A stretch of 64,000 nucleotides of DNA from Eledone cirrhosa (Eukaryota): contig OZ024742.1 in assembly GCA_964016885.1 (NCBI GenBank), positions 300,948,001 to 301,012,000 of the forward strand, given 5' to 3'. Positions 26,484-39,093 of this stretch are shown one piece after another. Position 1 is the stretch's first letter, and each line of letters starts with the position of its first letter. Under the pieces are notes generated by a model, which made no database searches, was not told the DNA's origin, and worked only from the letters and a program-made list of their open reading frames with translations. The position numbers and the translations under genes were made by a program.

Positions 26484-27182
26484 TTCCTTTGGCAGTGTTG
26501 AACAAATGAGCAACGATGGTTGCTAGACACTGTACGGCTTAATTCGGGATGTTTGTTTACAAACACACCGAGCATTATAATAAATGTTCGGTGAATCCAT
26601 ACGTACATATATATACGTGTGCATGTATGTATATGTATATACATACTACTGTACGTCTGTATACATATATTATGTACGTATACATACTTATATTTAAGTA
26701 ACAGCCGTACTAAGAGTGAGAAATGAAATTTCGTTTCATTTTTTCCGTTTATCGTTTTTGGTACAGCGGCCGATTAACTCACTCGATATGTAAATTAGGC
26801 TGCTCAGCCGTTAATATGCATAAGGAAAGTATATACTTTCAGACGTTCAATCATCTGGCAGGAAGGTATACGTTGCTGACGATAGCTAATAAGCTTGAAA
26901 CTAGTACAGCGTTCCTTTGTCAGTGTTGAACAAATGAGCAACGATGGTTGCTAGACACTGTACGGCTTAATTCGGGATGTTTGTTTACAAACACACAGAG
27001 CATTATAATAAATGTTCGGCGAATCCATACGTACATATATATATATGTGTGCATGTATGTATATGTATATACATACTACTGTACGTCTGTATACATATAT
27101 GTATGTACGTGTACATACTTATATTTAGTAACAGCCGTACTAAGAGTGAGAAATGAAATTTCGTTTCATTTTTTCCGTTTAT
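26484..27182 (+). mobile_element. Retrozyme-like non-coding unit C (period 428 nt, about 270-bp direct repeats)
   Basis: 26484-26752 is repeated at 26912-27182; TA runs on both sides; the HHR lies immediately before the second repeat. Confidence 0.75.
26871..26911 (+). ncRNA. Minimal type I hammerhead ribozyme
   Basis: cguug-CUGACGA-u-agcu aaua agcu-u-GAAA-CUAG-UA-cagcg; palindromic ACUAGU stem III; stem I extendable by ggaa/uucc. Confidence 0.8.
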
Positions 27183-27213
27183 ATATATATATATATATAG
27201 TTTTAATATAGAT

Positions 27214-27266
27214 GAGATTCTACAGGACTAGAACGGTTTCATTCTTTAGAAATCATCAGGAATCTC
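27214..27266 (-). ncRNA. Type I hammerhead ribozyme (left arm of palindromic pair)
   Basis: gagauuc-CUGAUGA-u uuc uaaa gaa u-GAAA-CCG uucuaguc CUG-UA-gaaucuc; 7-bp stem I; one mismatch in stem III. Confidence 0.75.
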
Positions 27267-27280
27267 AGAGATTCCTGGTG

Positions 27281-27725
<445 letters not shown>

Positions 27726-27740
27726 TATATATATATATAT

Positions 27741-28055
27741 CGTTTCTGAATTTGTTTAGCAAGATTCTTTATCTGAAAACGTGTGTTGAAACCGATATTG
27801 TTATACTTTGGGAGGGTCATGTTGCCAGTAAGGAACACACGCACCAGTTGCTTTTACTTCAATTTATTATAATAAATTTATAAATTTAGGAATTTATAAA
27901 TTTCCGGTTGGTTGGTTGGTTCCACAACCAGATGGTTGTTTATATATTGTCAAAGTTCTTTCGTCACACATTCTGTGACCTCTTCAGTGATTGGGGATTC
28001 CTTTCTTTGTTTTTGTGCCTCTCCTTTGTTCTGTCCTACGCCATCTTGTTTCTGT
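27741..28055 (-). mobile_element. Solo 3' terminal (pLTR) fragment of the 46-48.5 kb Penelope family with HHR at 27949-27991 (third copy 50558-50830)
   Basis: Near-identical to 45855-46110. Confidence 0.8.
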
Positions 28056-28087
28056 GAAATTTATACTTGTATATATATATATAACTT

Positions 28088-28131
<44 letters not shown>

Positions 28132-28158
28132 ATTATATATACATATATATATATATAT

Positions 28159-28195
<37 letters not shown>

Positions 28196-28747
28196 TACAT
28201 ATATATATATACATATATATATATATCATTCCCTATCTTAAATATTTCAATTACACACCCTCCTCCTCTATGTCTCTATTATTTCTCCATTTCTTCTCAA
28301 CACCCCCTCCCATACACACACACACACACCTCAGTATCATATTCCCCCTCCTCACCCTTCAATACTATCTCACCCCCTCCCTGTCCTGCAGTATTATATT
28401 CCACCACCCACTTCATTACTATCTCACCCTCCTCCCCGCCCTTCAGCACTAGCTCACACCCTCCCCACCCTTCTGCACAATCTCACCCCCCTCCCTACCC
28501 TTCAGTATTATATCCCCCCCCCCTCGTCCCCACCATTTACCACTTTCTCTCTCATACACTAAAACACTACAACTACCACTACCACTACTACTACTACTAC
28601 CACTAGTATTATTACCACTACTACTGAGTTCCAATCCCGCCGAGGTTAACTTTGCCTTTCATCCTTACGGGGTCGATAAAATAAAGTACCAGTAATGCAC
28701 TGGGTAACTGCTGGCCTTGTGCCAAACAGTAGAAACAATTATTACCA

Positions 28748-28866
28748 CTACTCTACTACTACTACCACTACCACTACTACTATCATTACTACTACTACTA
28801 CTACCACTAGTATTATTACCACCACTAGTACTACCACTACCACTACTACTACCATTACTACTACTA

Positions 28867-28897
<31 letters not shown>

Positions 28898-28987
28898 CAT
28901 TACTACTACTACTACTACTACCACTACTACTACTACTACCACTACTACTATTACCACTACCACTATTACCACTACTACTATTACTAT

Positions 28988-29062
<75 letters not shown>

Positions 29063-29100
29063 TACTACTACTATTACCGCCACTACTACTACTATTACCG

Positions 29101-29152
<52 letters not shown>
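28748..29152. repeat. (ACT/ACC)n triplet repeat; (TAG)n at 29352-29406
   Basis: Visible; explains the poly-Thr/Leu/Val ORFs. Confidence 0.95.
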
Positions 29153-29351
29153 CTTACCGCCTCCCCTTGCACATCAGCCCAGCCCAGCTCCTCGTCATCT
29201 GTCAACCCTCAGAAACTAAAGTAAGTATGGAACGCCATCTCTGTGATCAACGCTTTACTTACAACTCTGACCTTTCCTAATAGCTTGTCCGTCTGATGGA
29301 TCTCTATTTGGTTTTCCCCCAGTTTCCAGACTTGTTGCTGTAGCTGTAATT

Positions 29352-29407
<56 letters not shown>

Positions 29408-29630
29408 TGTTGTGCTGCGGGAAGGGAGGGGGTGGGGTCTGTGTGTCTTTCTGTGCTGTGTGCGTGTGTCTAACTAAATAAGTGGCCGTTGTGTGCCTTC
29501 AGCTGCGTATGTGTTTAGATACACGCGCAAAACACGTGTTTGTAATTTAGTAAAATACGTAGCTTAGCTAGATAGATATATAGACAAGCAAATAGAGGGG
29601 GGGGGGGTAGCGATAGAGGTAAATAAATAG

Positions 29631-30625
29631 ATGGATGGATGGATGGATGGATGGATGGTTGGATGGATGGGTGGTTGGATGGATAGTTGGATGGTTGGAT
29701 GGATGGATGGGTGGATGGTTGGATGGATGGATGGGTGGATGGATGGTTGGATGGATGGATGGTTGGATGGTTGGTTGGATGGATGGTTGGTTGGATGGAT
29801 GGATGGATGGATGGTTGGATGGATGGGTGGTTGGTTGGTTGGATGGGTGGTTGGATGGATGGGTGGATGGATGGTTGGATGGATGGATGGTTGGATGGTT
29901 GGTTGGATGGATGGTTGGTTGGATGGATGGATGGATGGATGGATGGTTGGATGGATGGGTGGTTGGATGGTTGGATGGGTGGTTGGTTGGATGGGTGGTT
30001 GGATGGATGGGTGGTTGGATGGGTGGTTGGATGGATGGATGGTTGGATGGGTGGTTGGATGGATGGATGGTTGGATGGTTGGATGGGTGGTTGGATGGAT
30101 GGATGGATGGATGGGTGGTTGGATGGATGGATGGTTGGATGGATGGGTGGTTGGATGGATGGTTGGATGGTTGGATGGATGGATGGATGGATGGGTGGTT
30201 GGATGGTTGGATGGATGGTTGGATGGATGGGTGGTTGGATGGATGGTTGGATGGTTGGATGGATGGGTGGATGGTTGGATGGATTAGTGGATGGATGGAT
30301 GGTTGGATGGATTAGTGGATGGATGGATGGGTGGTTGGATGGTTGGATGGATTAGTGGATGGATGGATGGTTGGATGGTTGGATGGATTAGTGGATGGAT
30401 GGATGGGTGGTTGGATGGATGGAAGGATGGGTGGATGGATGAGTGGATGGAAGGATGGATGGGTGGATGGGTGGATGGATGGACAGACGAACGAATAGAT
30501 GGATGGATGCACGGACGAACGGACGGATGGATGGATGGGGAGATGGATGGGGAGATGGATGGATGGATGGATGGACAAACGGACGGGGAGACGGCCAGAT
30601 TGATGGACGGATAGATGGATGGATA
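29631..30625. repeat. (GGAT/GGTT/GGGT)n tetranucleotide array
   Basis: About 1 kb visible array; explains the MDGW ORFs. Confidence 0.95.
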
Positions 30626-30855
30626 GACGTAGGGGTGGACGGCCGGACAATGAGATAGACAGACAAAATAAGGTATATATCTCAATGGGTACTAAGTACC
30701 CATTGAGATATATAGGGTGTCTATAATATAATTGTTGTTCGATGGTACTAATTTGAGATACCAGAACTATATAAATTGAGATGAGCAGAACAAATAAACA
30801 TTAAACAATTAATTTAAAAAAAAAAAAATGATTTAAATATCTACCTGTTCATAAT

Positions 30856-30935
30856 GCTATTACCGTCGGTTTCGCTTTACAAAAGATTAGAAATTCAGAG
30901 AATTTCTAACGGAAAAGTAAAGTTCATCAGATAGC
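30856..30935 (-). ncRNA. Type I hammerhead ribozyme (left arm)
   Basis: Reverse complement of 31248-31327. Confidence 0.8.
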
Positions 30936-31247
30936 TATTTCCACTCTATAGGATCAAGTCCCACAATTTGCAAATATATTGCCAACTACCAGCTCCTATG
31001 AGTTATAGCCGTTAAAGTGACTCACACGTGAACTGGCCGCTAATAAAAGCGGGATTATTACAGAAAAAAATTCGTTGTTGCTTACTGCTATTTTTGTAGC
31101 ACCAAAGCCAGCAGCGCGTCTGTAATATTCCCGCTTTTATTAGCGGCCAGTTCACGTGTGGGTCACTTTAACGGCTATAACTCATAGGAGCTGGTAGTTG
31201 GCAATATATTTGCAAATTGTGGGACTTGATCCTATAGAGTGGAAATA

Positions 31248-31327
31248 GCTATCTGATGAACTTTACTTTTCCGTTAGAAATTCTCTGAATTTCTAATCTT
31301 TTGTAAAGCGAAACCGACGGTAATAGC
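31248..31327 (+). ncRNA. Type I hammerhead ribozyme (right arm)
   Basis: gcuau-CUGAUGA-a cuuuac[uuagaaauuc/gaauuucuaa hairpin]guaaag c-GAAA-CCG A CGG-UA-auagc. Confidence 0.8.
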
Positions 31328-31490
31328 ATTATGAACAGGTAGATATTTAAATCATTTTTTTTTTTTAATTAATTGTTTAATGTTTATTTGTTCTGCTCAT
31401 CTCAATTTATATATATAGAGAGAGGGGGGGGGGTCAGACAGACAGACGGACAGATGGAATGGACAGAAAGAGAGTGACAGACAGACAGAC

Positions 31491-31570
<80 letters not shown>

Positions 31571-31795
31571 TTATTTGCCACTAGGGCACAAGAGAAAGGG
31601 ACAAATACACAGGGGGGAGTTTACATAAATGCGAGTAAAGAAAAAGGCATAACAATAAGAATAATATAATAATAAAAAGTCCTCAAAAGGGAGGGGGCGT
31701 GTTGGGGATTGCACATACCCCCGAAAAGTGTGCAACTCTTTTCGCGGGGGAAGCCCAGAGAGGAGGCGCTCCCCCTTTCCTCTTCACTTCTTCAC

Positions 31796-34700
31796 CTACA
31801 GAACAATGTAGAGAGAAGGCCCATTTACACGAGCCATTCTCGCTTCTTTCACCCACCTTTCATAAAACTGTCTGGGGCCAAGCACTTCTCTCTCCATCCT
31901 GATCCTTCTTCCGAAGTGGTATCGGAAGAAGTAGACCAGGTGTTGGCCGGAGAGAAAGTCACTCGACCTCAGACCTTTCAGGCGCGTCCACCACACAACC
32001 TCTTTCATCATGGCTATTACGCACAGAAAGACCGCCTCTGCTTCATTTCTGAAGGGAGGAGGCGGCTTGATGTTCACCACAGACTCGGCGGTCAATCGAA
32101 TCGGCGCCACACGCGACAGCAGTCGTTCGACGTAGCCCCACAGATCGGCAACGCCCGGGCAGTGTACCAGTGCATGCGCAACGGTTTCCTCGTCGCGCAC
32201 GCATCTGGGACAGATCTTTTTCGCGGGATCCCTGCCAGGGCGCCCGTGTCTGTCGAGCTTTTCTCGAACGGGCAGAGCCCCCTGGTAGCACTGCCAGGCT
32301 AGGGACCTCTGGAAGTTGTCCATGGGTCCCGGGCCGAAAGTTCTACCGAACGGGCTGGCCAGTTCGTCCTCCTCCATGCCTAGCGACTCTCCAAGGGTGT
32401 CGTCGCCCCTGCTAGCCACCAGCCCTCTATAGAATGTCGAGGTGGATTCTCCACTGATAGTCGGGTCCGCTTGCCAGAGAGCCGTGAGCGCCTGGGCACA
32501 CTCGGTGTGCCAGTTGCCCAGTTTTCTCGGTCTTTGCTTCACCCAGGATTGCAGCTCGGTGAGCGAGACGAGCTGTGGGAAGGCTCGCCTCAGAAACGGG
32601 GCCCACACCGGCTGACCCGTGAGGAATACCTGTAGATGCCGTAGCCTTAATGCGTGCCTACGCATCAACAGCCACGGCATACTCATCCCTCCTTTCGAAG
32701 GGTCCTGGCAGCAGATGGATCTCCTCACCATGGGAGGCCGCTTCTTCCAGAGGAACTGGAAGAGCATGCGCTCCATGATGGTGAGCGTTTCCTTGGGGCA
32801 AGACACGACGGTCAGGCGGTAGTAGATGACGGACGCTATGTAAGCGTTCGTCACCTCCGCCCGACCTTTCAGTGATAGTTTGTACTTGGCCCACTTCTGG
32901 GTCAGCGCAAACACCCTGCTCGTCACTTCGCCCCAATTCTTCTCCACCTGGAGGTCGGGTCCGAACCAGACCCCGAGCAGCTTCACCGGGCCCTCCGTCC
33001 ACCGCCCGACGACACCGTCTAACGGCATCGGTTTGCCCCTCCACGTTCCGAGTTGCAAACCGACTGACTTGTCCCGGTTCAGCCTAGCCCCCGTCAGCCT
33101 TTCGTATTCCTCCAGTAGGGTGGCGATCGCCCCGATTTCCGAGGCGTCCGCCACCATTACTGTTACGTCGTCGGCATAGGCCGAGACCGCTTTGTGCAAT
33201 CCCGGTTCCAGGGGTATGCCCCGCAGCAACTCCAACTTCCGCAGCAGTGGCTCGAGAGTCAATACGTACAGAAGGGAGGAGAGGGGACACCCCTGTCTGA
33301 TGGACCGGGTGATTTGAAACGGCTCCGAGAGGTAGCCGTTTACTTTAATCCTAGAGCAGACGTTGCCACTGTGCATGGCAGAAATCCAGCCCCTGAAAAC
33401 GGGTCCGAAGCCCGCCGCCGCTAGCACCGCATCCAGGTAACCATGGTCGACCCTATCGAACGCCTTAGATTGATCCAAGTTGATCAGGGCCCCACCAAAG
33501 CCGGGTTCGTTCCCAACCCTCTCTACGGTGTATCGCATGAGGTGGAGGTTGTCGTGAATGGACCTGGACGGGATAGCGCATGTCTGCGCGTCTCCCACCA
33601 AACCACCCACCACAAGCGCCAACCTCTTCGCCAACACCTTGGCCAAAATCTGTAACTCTGCATTCAGCAGAGTTATGGGCCTAAAGTTACTTAAGTCGTC
33701 CCCCTTGCTCTCGTCCTTCCTCACTAGCGTGACTACGCCCTTGGTCACAGAACAGGGAATTCTCCCGTTCTGTTGCCAGTTGCAATAGACAGCTTCGAGG
33801 AGTTCGGAGAACAAAACCGGCATAGCTAAATAAAGTTCGTATGGTAGACCATCGAGACCCGGAGATTTGCGTCTGCTGCATTGGCTGAGCGCTTCCCCGA
33901 TTTCAGTGGCTGTGATTGGCCTTTCGCAGCACTCCGCTTCGCCGCTCGAAAGATGCGGTAGACCGTCGAGGTATGGACCGAAGTCCACATCCCCGTCCGG
34001 CCCCCCGCCCCCTCCGAACAGTCGAGAAAAGTGCCTTTGAAAGGCCTCGTACATCCGCTCAGGTTCGAGGATCACCCGTCCATCCTGGTCTCGCAAAGAC
34101 CGAATGGTGGATTTAATCCCACTCTTGGCTTCTGTCACGCGGGCCCAGCTAACAGCTTTGGTCCCCTCGTTTCCTAAAGCACGTATTTTACTTCGGACAA
34201 CGCAGCCTTCGTGCTTCGCGTCAAAGAACTGGCTCAACGCCGTTCTCGCCGCTAACACTCTGGCCACGTCTCCGCTCCTAATCGCCTCTTCTAGTTTATC
34301 TGTTAACTCCCTTTCCCTCCTATTTCTATTCGCCGCTAGTTCCTTACTGTAACCTATCGAACTTACTCTAATTTCTCTCTTTAGAGATACCCACCACCTG
34401 CTGTTGACGATCGCTCCCGTCAACCGCATCTTAACTAAGCTACTAATCCGGTTCCTGTAAGCTTCCTTTGCCGGCAAGGACAAGTTCATCTTCCAGTAAC
34501 CGGGACCCTGTCTATGCGTTCTATCAAGGTTGACCACGCAGGTCACTAATTTGTGATCTGAATAGCCAACCATGAGCAATTCTGGACAACTAAATACGTC
34601 CCTATCCTTACTCCTAACCAAAAACCTATCTAGGTACGATCTAGATTGACCACTGCGGTTTGTCCAGGTCCAGGTTGGCACAGTTGGAAAATCTAGTCGA

Positions 34701-35224
34701 AATCTATCGACCAGGTCGAATCGATCGAGTAACCCCTTGAGGCTGCTACACCCCCCTCTATCGGGACATGCCCCTGCATAGTCCCAACGCGCATCTAGGA
34801 TTCCATTCCAGTCCCCCACTAAAAGCAGAGAACGCGAGGTTCCTAGAAAAGTCTCCAGACGCTGGAAGAAGTCGGCTCTTTCAGCCCCGAAGGGGGCATA
34901 AAGACCGACCAGTCTGAAAGCCCCGCCTTCACCGCCTCCGACGTCCAGCACCAGTAATCGAGCCCCCGGGTCCGAGTGAACAATCTGTACGTCGAGAGCC
35001 AGACGTTTATCCAGCAGTACGGCAACCCCACCTCCGCCTCCGGGTTGACAGAGAGATGCGTGCATCTCAAAGTCATCGAAGGCGGGAGCCAGCTGTCGCA
35101 CGCTGCTGGTCCAACTCTCGCAAACAACCATCACATCTATACTTCGTGACCTGAGGTCACTTAGAAGCTTTGCTTGCTTCCAAGCTGAGCCCAGGCCACG
35201 CGCATTCAAACAGCCAACTCTCAA
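31796..35224 (-). CDS. Tx1-like ORF2: APE endonuclease, reverse transcriptase and C-terminal zinc-binding domain (1142 aa, uninterrupted)
   Basis: LNARG, VGDWN, SYLDRF, SDHK (APE); KSPGLDG, NFRPITLLN, LDQSKAFDRV, IRQGCPLS, AYADD (RT); CPRC...H...C. Confidence 0.93.
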   Translation of the reverse strand: MRVGCLNARGLGSAWKQAKLLSDLRSRSIDVMVVCESWTSSVRQLAPAFDDFEMHASLCQPGGGGGVAVLLDKRLALDVQIVHSDPGARLLVLDVGGGEGGAFRLVGLYAPFGAERADFFQRLETFLGTSRSLLLVGDWNGILDARWDYAGACPDRGGCSSLKGLLDRFDLVDRFRLDFPTVPTWTWTNRSGQSRSYLDRFLVRSKDRDVFSCPELLMVGYSDHKLVTCVVNLDRTHRQGPGYWKMNLSLPAKEAYRNRISSLVKMRLTGAIVNSRWWVSLKREIRVSSIGYSKELAANRNRRERELTDKLEEAIRSGDVARVLAARTALSQFFDAKHEGCVVRSKIRALGNEGTKAVSWARVTEAKSGIKSTIRSLRDQDGRVILEPERMYEAFQRHFSRLFGGGGGPDGDVDFGPYLDGLPHLSSGEAECCERPITATEIGEALSQCSRRKSPGLDGLPYELYLAMPVLFSELLEAVYCNWQQNGRIPCSVTKGVVTLVRKDESKGDDLSNFRPITLLNAELQILAKVLAKRLALVVGGLVGDAQTCAIPSRSIHDNLHLMRYTVERVGNEPGFGGALINLDQSKAFDRVDHGYLDAVLAAAGFGPVFRGWISAMHSGNVCSRIKVNGYLSEPFQITRSIRQGCPLSSLLYVLTLEPLLRKLELLRGIPLEPGLHKAVSAYADDVTVMVADASEIGAIATLLEEYERLTGARLNRDKSVGLQLGTWRGKPMPLDGVVGRWTEGPVKLLGVWFGPDLQVEKNWGEVTSRVFALTQKWAKYKLSLKGRAEVTNAYIASVIYYRLTVVSCPKETLTIMERMLFQFLWKKRPPMVRRSICCQDPSKGGMSMPWLLMRRHALRLRHLQVFLTGQPVWAPFLRRAFPQLVSLTELQSWVKQRPRKLGNWHTECAQALTALWQADPTISGESTSTFYRGLVASRGDDTLGESLGMEEDELASPFGRTFGPGPMDNFQRSLAWQCYQGALPVREKLDRHGRPGRDPAKKICPRCVRDEETVAHALVHCPGVADLWGYVERLLSRVAPIRLTAESVVNIKPPPPFRNEAEAVFLCVIAMMKEVVWWTRLKGLRSSDFLSGQHLVYFFRYHFGRRIRMEREVLGPRQFYERWVKEARMARVNGPSLYIVL

Positions 35225-35229
35225 TTGAT

Positions 35230-37067
35230 CTATTTTGGTGTTGAAAGTGAAGAAAGAAAAGCACCTACCTCTCCGGGTTGTGTAATTTCCATGGCGTCGG
35301 GTGTGTTGGGTGGAGGGATGTTTTGTGGTGGTGTGGGGGTATCCGAGTGTGGTAGGGTTGGGGTATTTGGAGTTGTGTCAAGGAGAGGAGAGGTTATGGG
35401 GAAATCTTTCAAGAGGACGCGATTTAACGGTTTTAAACAGGGGGGGGGGGCTCACGTCCTGTTTAAATTGTTCTTTTAAGGAACGATAAAGGTCCAGAGG
35501 GACCTTTATCATTTTTAAATGGGTGAAGTTCTCTGTTGAGATAAAGTTTGGCCCTTCGGTCTGCACCAAAGGGCTATTGTTTATTAATTTAAACAGTTTT
35601 TTGTTTTCTTTATTTATATATGTTTATTGCAAAGTCTTTTTTTGTGATGCTGTCAATGTTTCGAAGAGGGGAGGCGCAGATTTATTTTTGTTTGTCGAGG
35701 GTGGGGTGTTTTTGATTGGAGTTGGTGTTTGTGTGTGGGTTATTTGTGGTGTGCTGGGTGTGTGCTTTCTTTTTTTTCTTTTAACTTGTCTGAAGGCTTC
35801 TCCTCCTTCTTCTTCAGAAGTTGGGGGAAACTCTTCAGCGCTAGGTGGGAGGGACGTGGTGTCTGGTTGTTTTTTTTTGCGGGAGGGGTAGATTTGTTGC
35901 TGTTTTTGTTTTATTTGTTTGGAATGCGTTTTGTGGTGGTGGTGGTGATGTTTGTGTCGTGCTTGTGGTTGGTGATGGTGGTGGTGATGTTTGTGTTGTG
36001 GTTGGTGATGGTGGTGGTGATTTTTGTGTCGTGCTTGTGTTTGGTGCTGGTGGTGGTGATGTTTGTGTTGTGCTTGTGGTTGGTGGTGTCTGTATTTTGT
36101 TTGCTGTGTGTGGTATTAGTGTATTTTTGGAGGTGGGTGGTGTGGTGTACTGTTTGTGGTGGGTGTGGGCAATAGTCCTTTTTGGGGGATACGATTCGGG
36201 CAGTTAGCCTTAACGTGTCCCCTTTCCGTGCATGAATAGCATGCTGGTCTTCTCCCCTCTACAATTATATATATTGGGGTGAGGTCATCCAGCCAGATGC
36301 GATCCGGGATTTGCGCTATTCTTTCGGGCCTCATTTGGATTAGTAGGTCGAGGCCCATTCCCAGGAACTCATCTCCAGATGCCTTCCCCATTGACAGCAC
36401 TGTGTCCTCGCCCATGTCTATGAAGCCAGCAATAGCCCACCAGAAGTCCATTGTGGGCAGCATTGTTTGTATTTTGACTCTCTGTGTTCTTCTACCCATG
36501 TAGGAGGGATAGAAGCTGTATGTTGTTGATGAGAGTGGGCTTAGGGAAAGCCTCTGCGCTGTTTCCCTGTCTTTTATTAAGACCGAAATGCTGCCATAGA
36601 GTCGGTCCTTTCGTATGAAGAGAATATTCTTCATATAGTCTTTTAGGACCAACTCTATCTCCATTTGGCTGGGCTGTGCTGGCTTTCTCGTTTGGTTTAG
36701 GATTGTTCTGAAGAGAACAGTGCTTTCTATTCTCGCTTTCTTGAATTCTGGGGGGGGGGGGATTAATGGAAAACATTCCGTTCTCCCCCAAGACTATTGC
36801 TTCTGCCAGTTTTTCTCTGGCGGCAGTTAAGTCTATAGGTGTATATATTATGGATTGTTTTGTTTTCTGGGCGAAAGTTGCCTTGTTGTTATTTGTATTC
36901 TTATTTTCTGTTTGTTTGTTTTCCGTTTGCTCATTTTCCGTAACATTTGTTTTTTCATTTTCCTTGTTTGTTTCGTTGTCTAGTTTTGTTGTATCCATTT
37001 TTTGTTCTTCAGACTTGGGGGGCGTGGCAGAGCTAATGGCAGACATGTCTGCCATCTTTTCCGCCAT
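35230..37067 (-). pseudogene. Tx1-like ORF1 (gag-like, CX2CX4HX4C knuckle), split by frameshifts
   Basis: Fragments 36492-37067, 36116-36664 (CYSCTERGHVKANC), 35378-35569 and 35230-35412; at least two breaks lie near G homopolymers (about 36750 and 35440). Confidence 0.8.
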
Positions 37068-37753
37068 GCTGCCAAGAAAGAAGTTTTACAGAAAATAGTT
37101 ATTTATTTTACCCCCTAAAAAGGGGGTAAATGTAAAAATGTTTCCCTAAATAACAGGGGTAAGTGTTCCAAATGTGTTGCACTGAAAAAATTCACTGGTA
37201 CTTACTATAGTAAGGGTAAATTCCGATAGAATAGCGGAGCCGATGTGAAGCGTGTCTCACTCTATCAAGATAGACAGATAGATAGATAAGATGGTATATA
37301 GGTGTAAGGTAGGTTGGTAGGTAGGTAGGTAGGTAGGTAGGTAGGTAGCTATATAAAAATAGATACTTAGATGTATAAAATATGTACATAGTATTTTTTA
37401 TGTGTACATATATAGAATTTTTATTACTGTTATATCAGATATCGAGCTCGAAAGGATACCTTTCATCCTTTCGAGGTCGATAAAGAAAGTACCAGTCTAG
37501 TACTGGGGTCGAATCTTCCTCTATATCTCTTTCTCACATCCATTCTCTCACTATCTTTCTTTCTCTGGAAGAAACCTGCTGTAGTCAGACCTGGAGAAGG
37601 ATGGGTTCCGCCAAGCTGAAAATGTCCCCAGAAACGCTGTGTCAATACGGTGCCCCTACGACTCTGTTACGAGTTACGGGACTACGCACGCATGCATCAG
37701 ATAGAAATACATTCATATAAGGGTCATCGGTACATTTTATGGCAAGCCAACAC

Positions 37754-37950
37754 CAGACGTGTCAACTCTCCTCGTCCGACGGGGAGATCTCCCACCCCTA
37801 CTTGGGATGGGTAAGAGACGTCTTCACTTGTGAAAATGAGTATAGCTTTCATTGTGTAAAATCTCCCCATTTTGCCTCATTTCTCCCCGTTTTGGGGCAC
37901 TTTTTTTCATGGTACTCCCCCGTTTGGGTTTTTAGAGGTTGGCAGGTCTG
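37754..37950. mobile_element. Small TIR element (hAT-like)
   Basis: cagacgtgtcaac ... gttggcaggtctg imperfect TIRs; caacac duplicated on both sides. Confidence 0.55.
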
Positions 37951-38366
37951 CAACACGCTCGCAACAATACCGTGGGTGATGGCGAGGCTAAGGCGCTGAA
38001 ACAACCAAACACCCTCACGGGCATCACCTGACACCTCGGTAAGACAAGCCGCTAACGATAATGTATAACCTGATAAATTTCCTTCGTGTAAACTACGTGG
38101 CTTTATTTATATTATTATTTTTGGGGTTTTTATTTCTTGTATGATTCTCAGATGACTTATATGATCTTATTTCTTATTCTTTACTAAAGACCATTGTTTC
38201 TTTGGATCTGCAAAAGTTTTTGTCGATTCTCCTACTTCCGGTCATCGGATGAGAGACAACGCTTCCATTTTTCCCCAAGAAGCTTAGATACTGATTCATT
38301 GAGAGAAACTTTTAAGATTGAAATTTTGAATAAAAATCTCGTATTGTAAATCACACGTATTGTCAT

Positions 38367-38400
<34 letters not shown>

Positions 38401-38656
38401 TGAGTGAGTATGAAAGACCAAAGGTCATTATTGAAAGTCTCTGGATTTCGCAAAATACATATTTTTTATTGGAGAAGGTAAAATATTTTCCCGCAAAAAT
38501 TTGATTGCATTGTTTTGTTGCCACTTATATATTTTTTGAAAATGTTATTTATTCATTATAAAAATGAAATGATAGCATTCTATATGTAGGTGGGACCCCT
38601 TCATCTGGCAACCAATATTTTTAGACCTAGTAAATCCCAATCATTTTAAGTTTGAA

Positions 38657-39093
38657 TCTACCTTGAGTAGGAGCAATAACATTAAGAAAGACATGAACGA
38701 CACCACAACACTTTGTTTTGAAAATTTTGAAAGTAGGTTGATAAGTATGAATTTTCATAAGATTTTCATAGTTGTCTCTGTGGCCTAACGGTAGGTACTA
38801 GAGACGGTGGAGATCCTGACCTTGGGTTCGATCCTGGTCAAGAGATACATGTAACCTTTTTCAGTTTTTATTTTACAGCCCATAGAAAAAAAAACTGAAA
38901 AGATTTACTGGGAACCCAGTATCGAACTTCGGAACAGGATCACCACCGTCTATGATTCCTCCAGCTAGGCCACCGAGACGGCTACGAAAGTATAATGAAA
39001 ATTGATAATTATAAACTTACTTTCAAAATCAAAGTTAAAAAGATGTGGTGTCGTTCATGGCTTTGCTTGAGCTATTAGTAACATTTAGGGTCG
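38657..39093. mobile_element. Diverged foldback element with two convergent tRNA-like arms
   Basis: catgaacgacaccaca / tgtggtgtcgttcatg; tttgaaagtag / tactttcaaa; A-box tggcctaacgg and B-box ggttcgatcc mirrored on the opposite strand. Confidence 0.6.

Larger units (their letters stand above)
30768..31413. repeat. Near-perfect inverted repeat, arms about 297 bp, spacer about 54 bp
   Basis: 30768-31064 is the reverse complement of 31119-31413; each arm contains an HHR. Confidence 0.9.
31570..37266 (-). mobile_element. Near full-length Tx1-like (L1 group) non-LTR retrotransposon
   Basis: 5' UTR, ORF1, ORF2 and 3' UTR ending AATAAA-(TCTA)n; GATA repeats at both ends. Confidence 0.92.

Noticed and set aside
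28695-30685. Poly-Thr mucin-like ORF and MDGW-repeat ORFs
   Set aside because: Pure tri- and tetranucleotide microsatellites.
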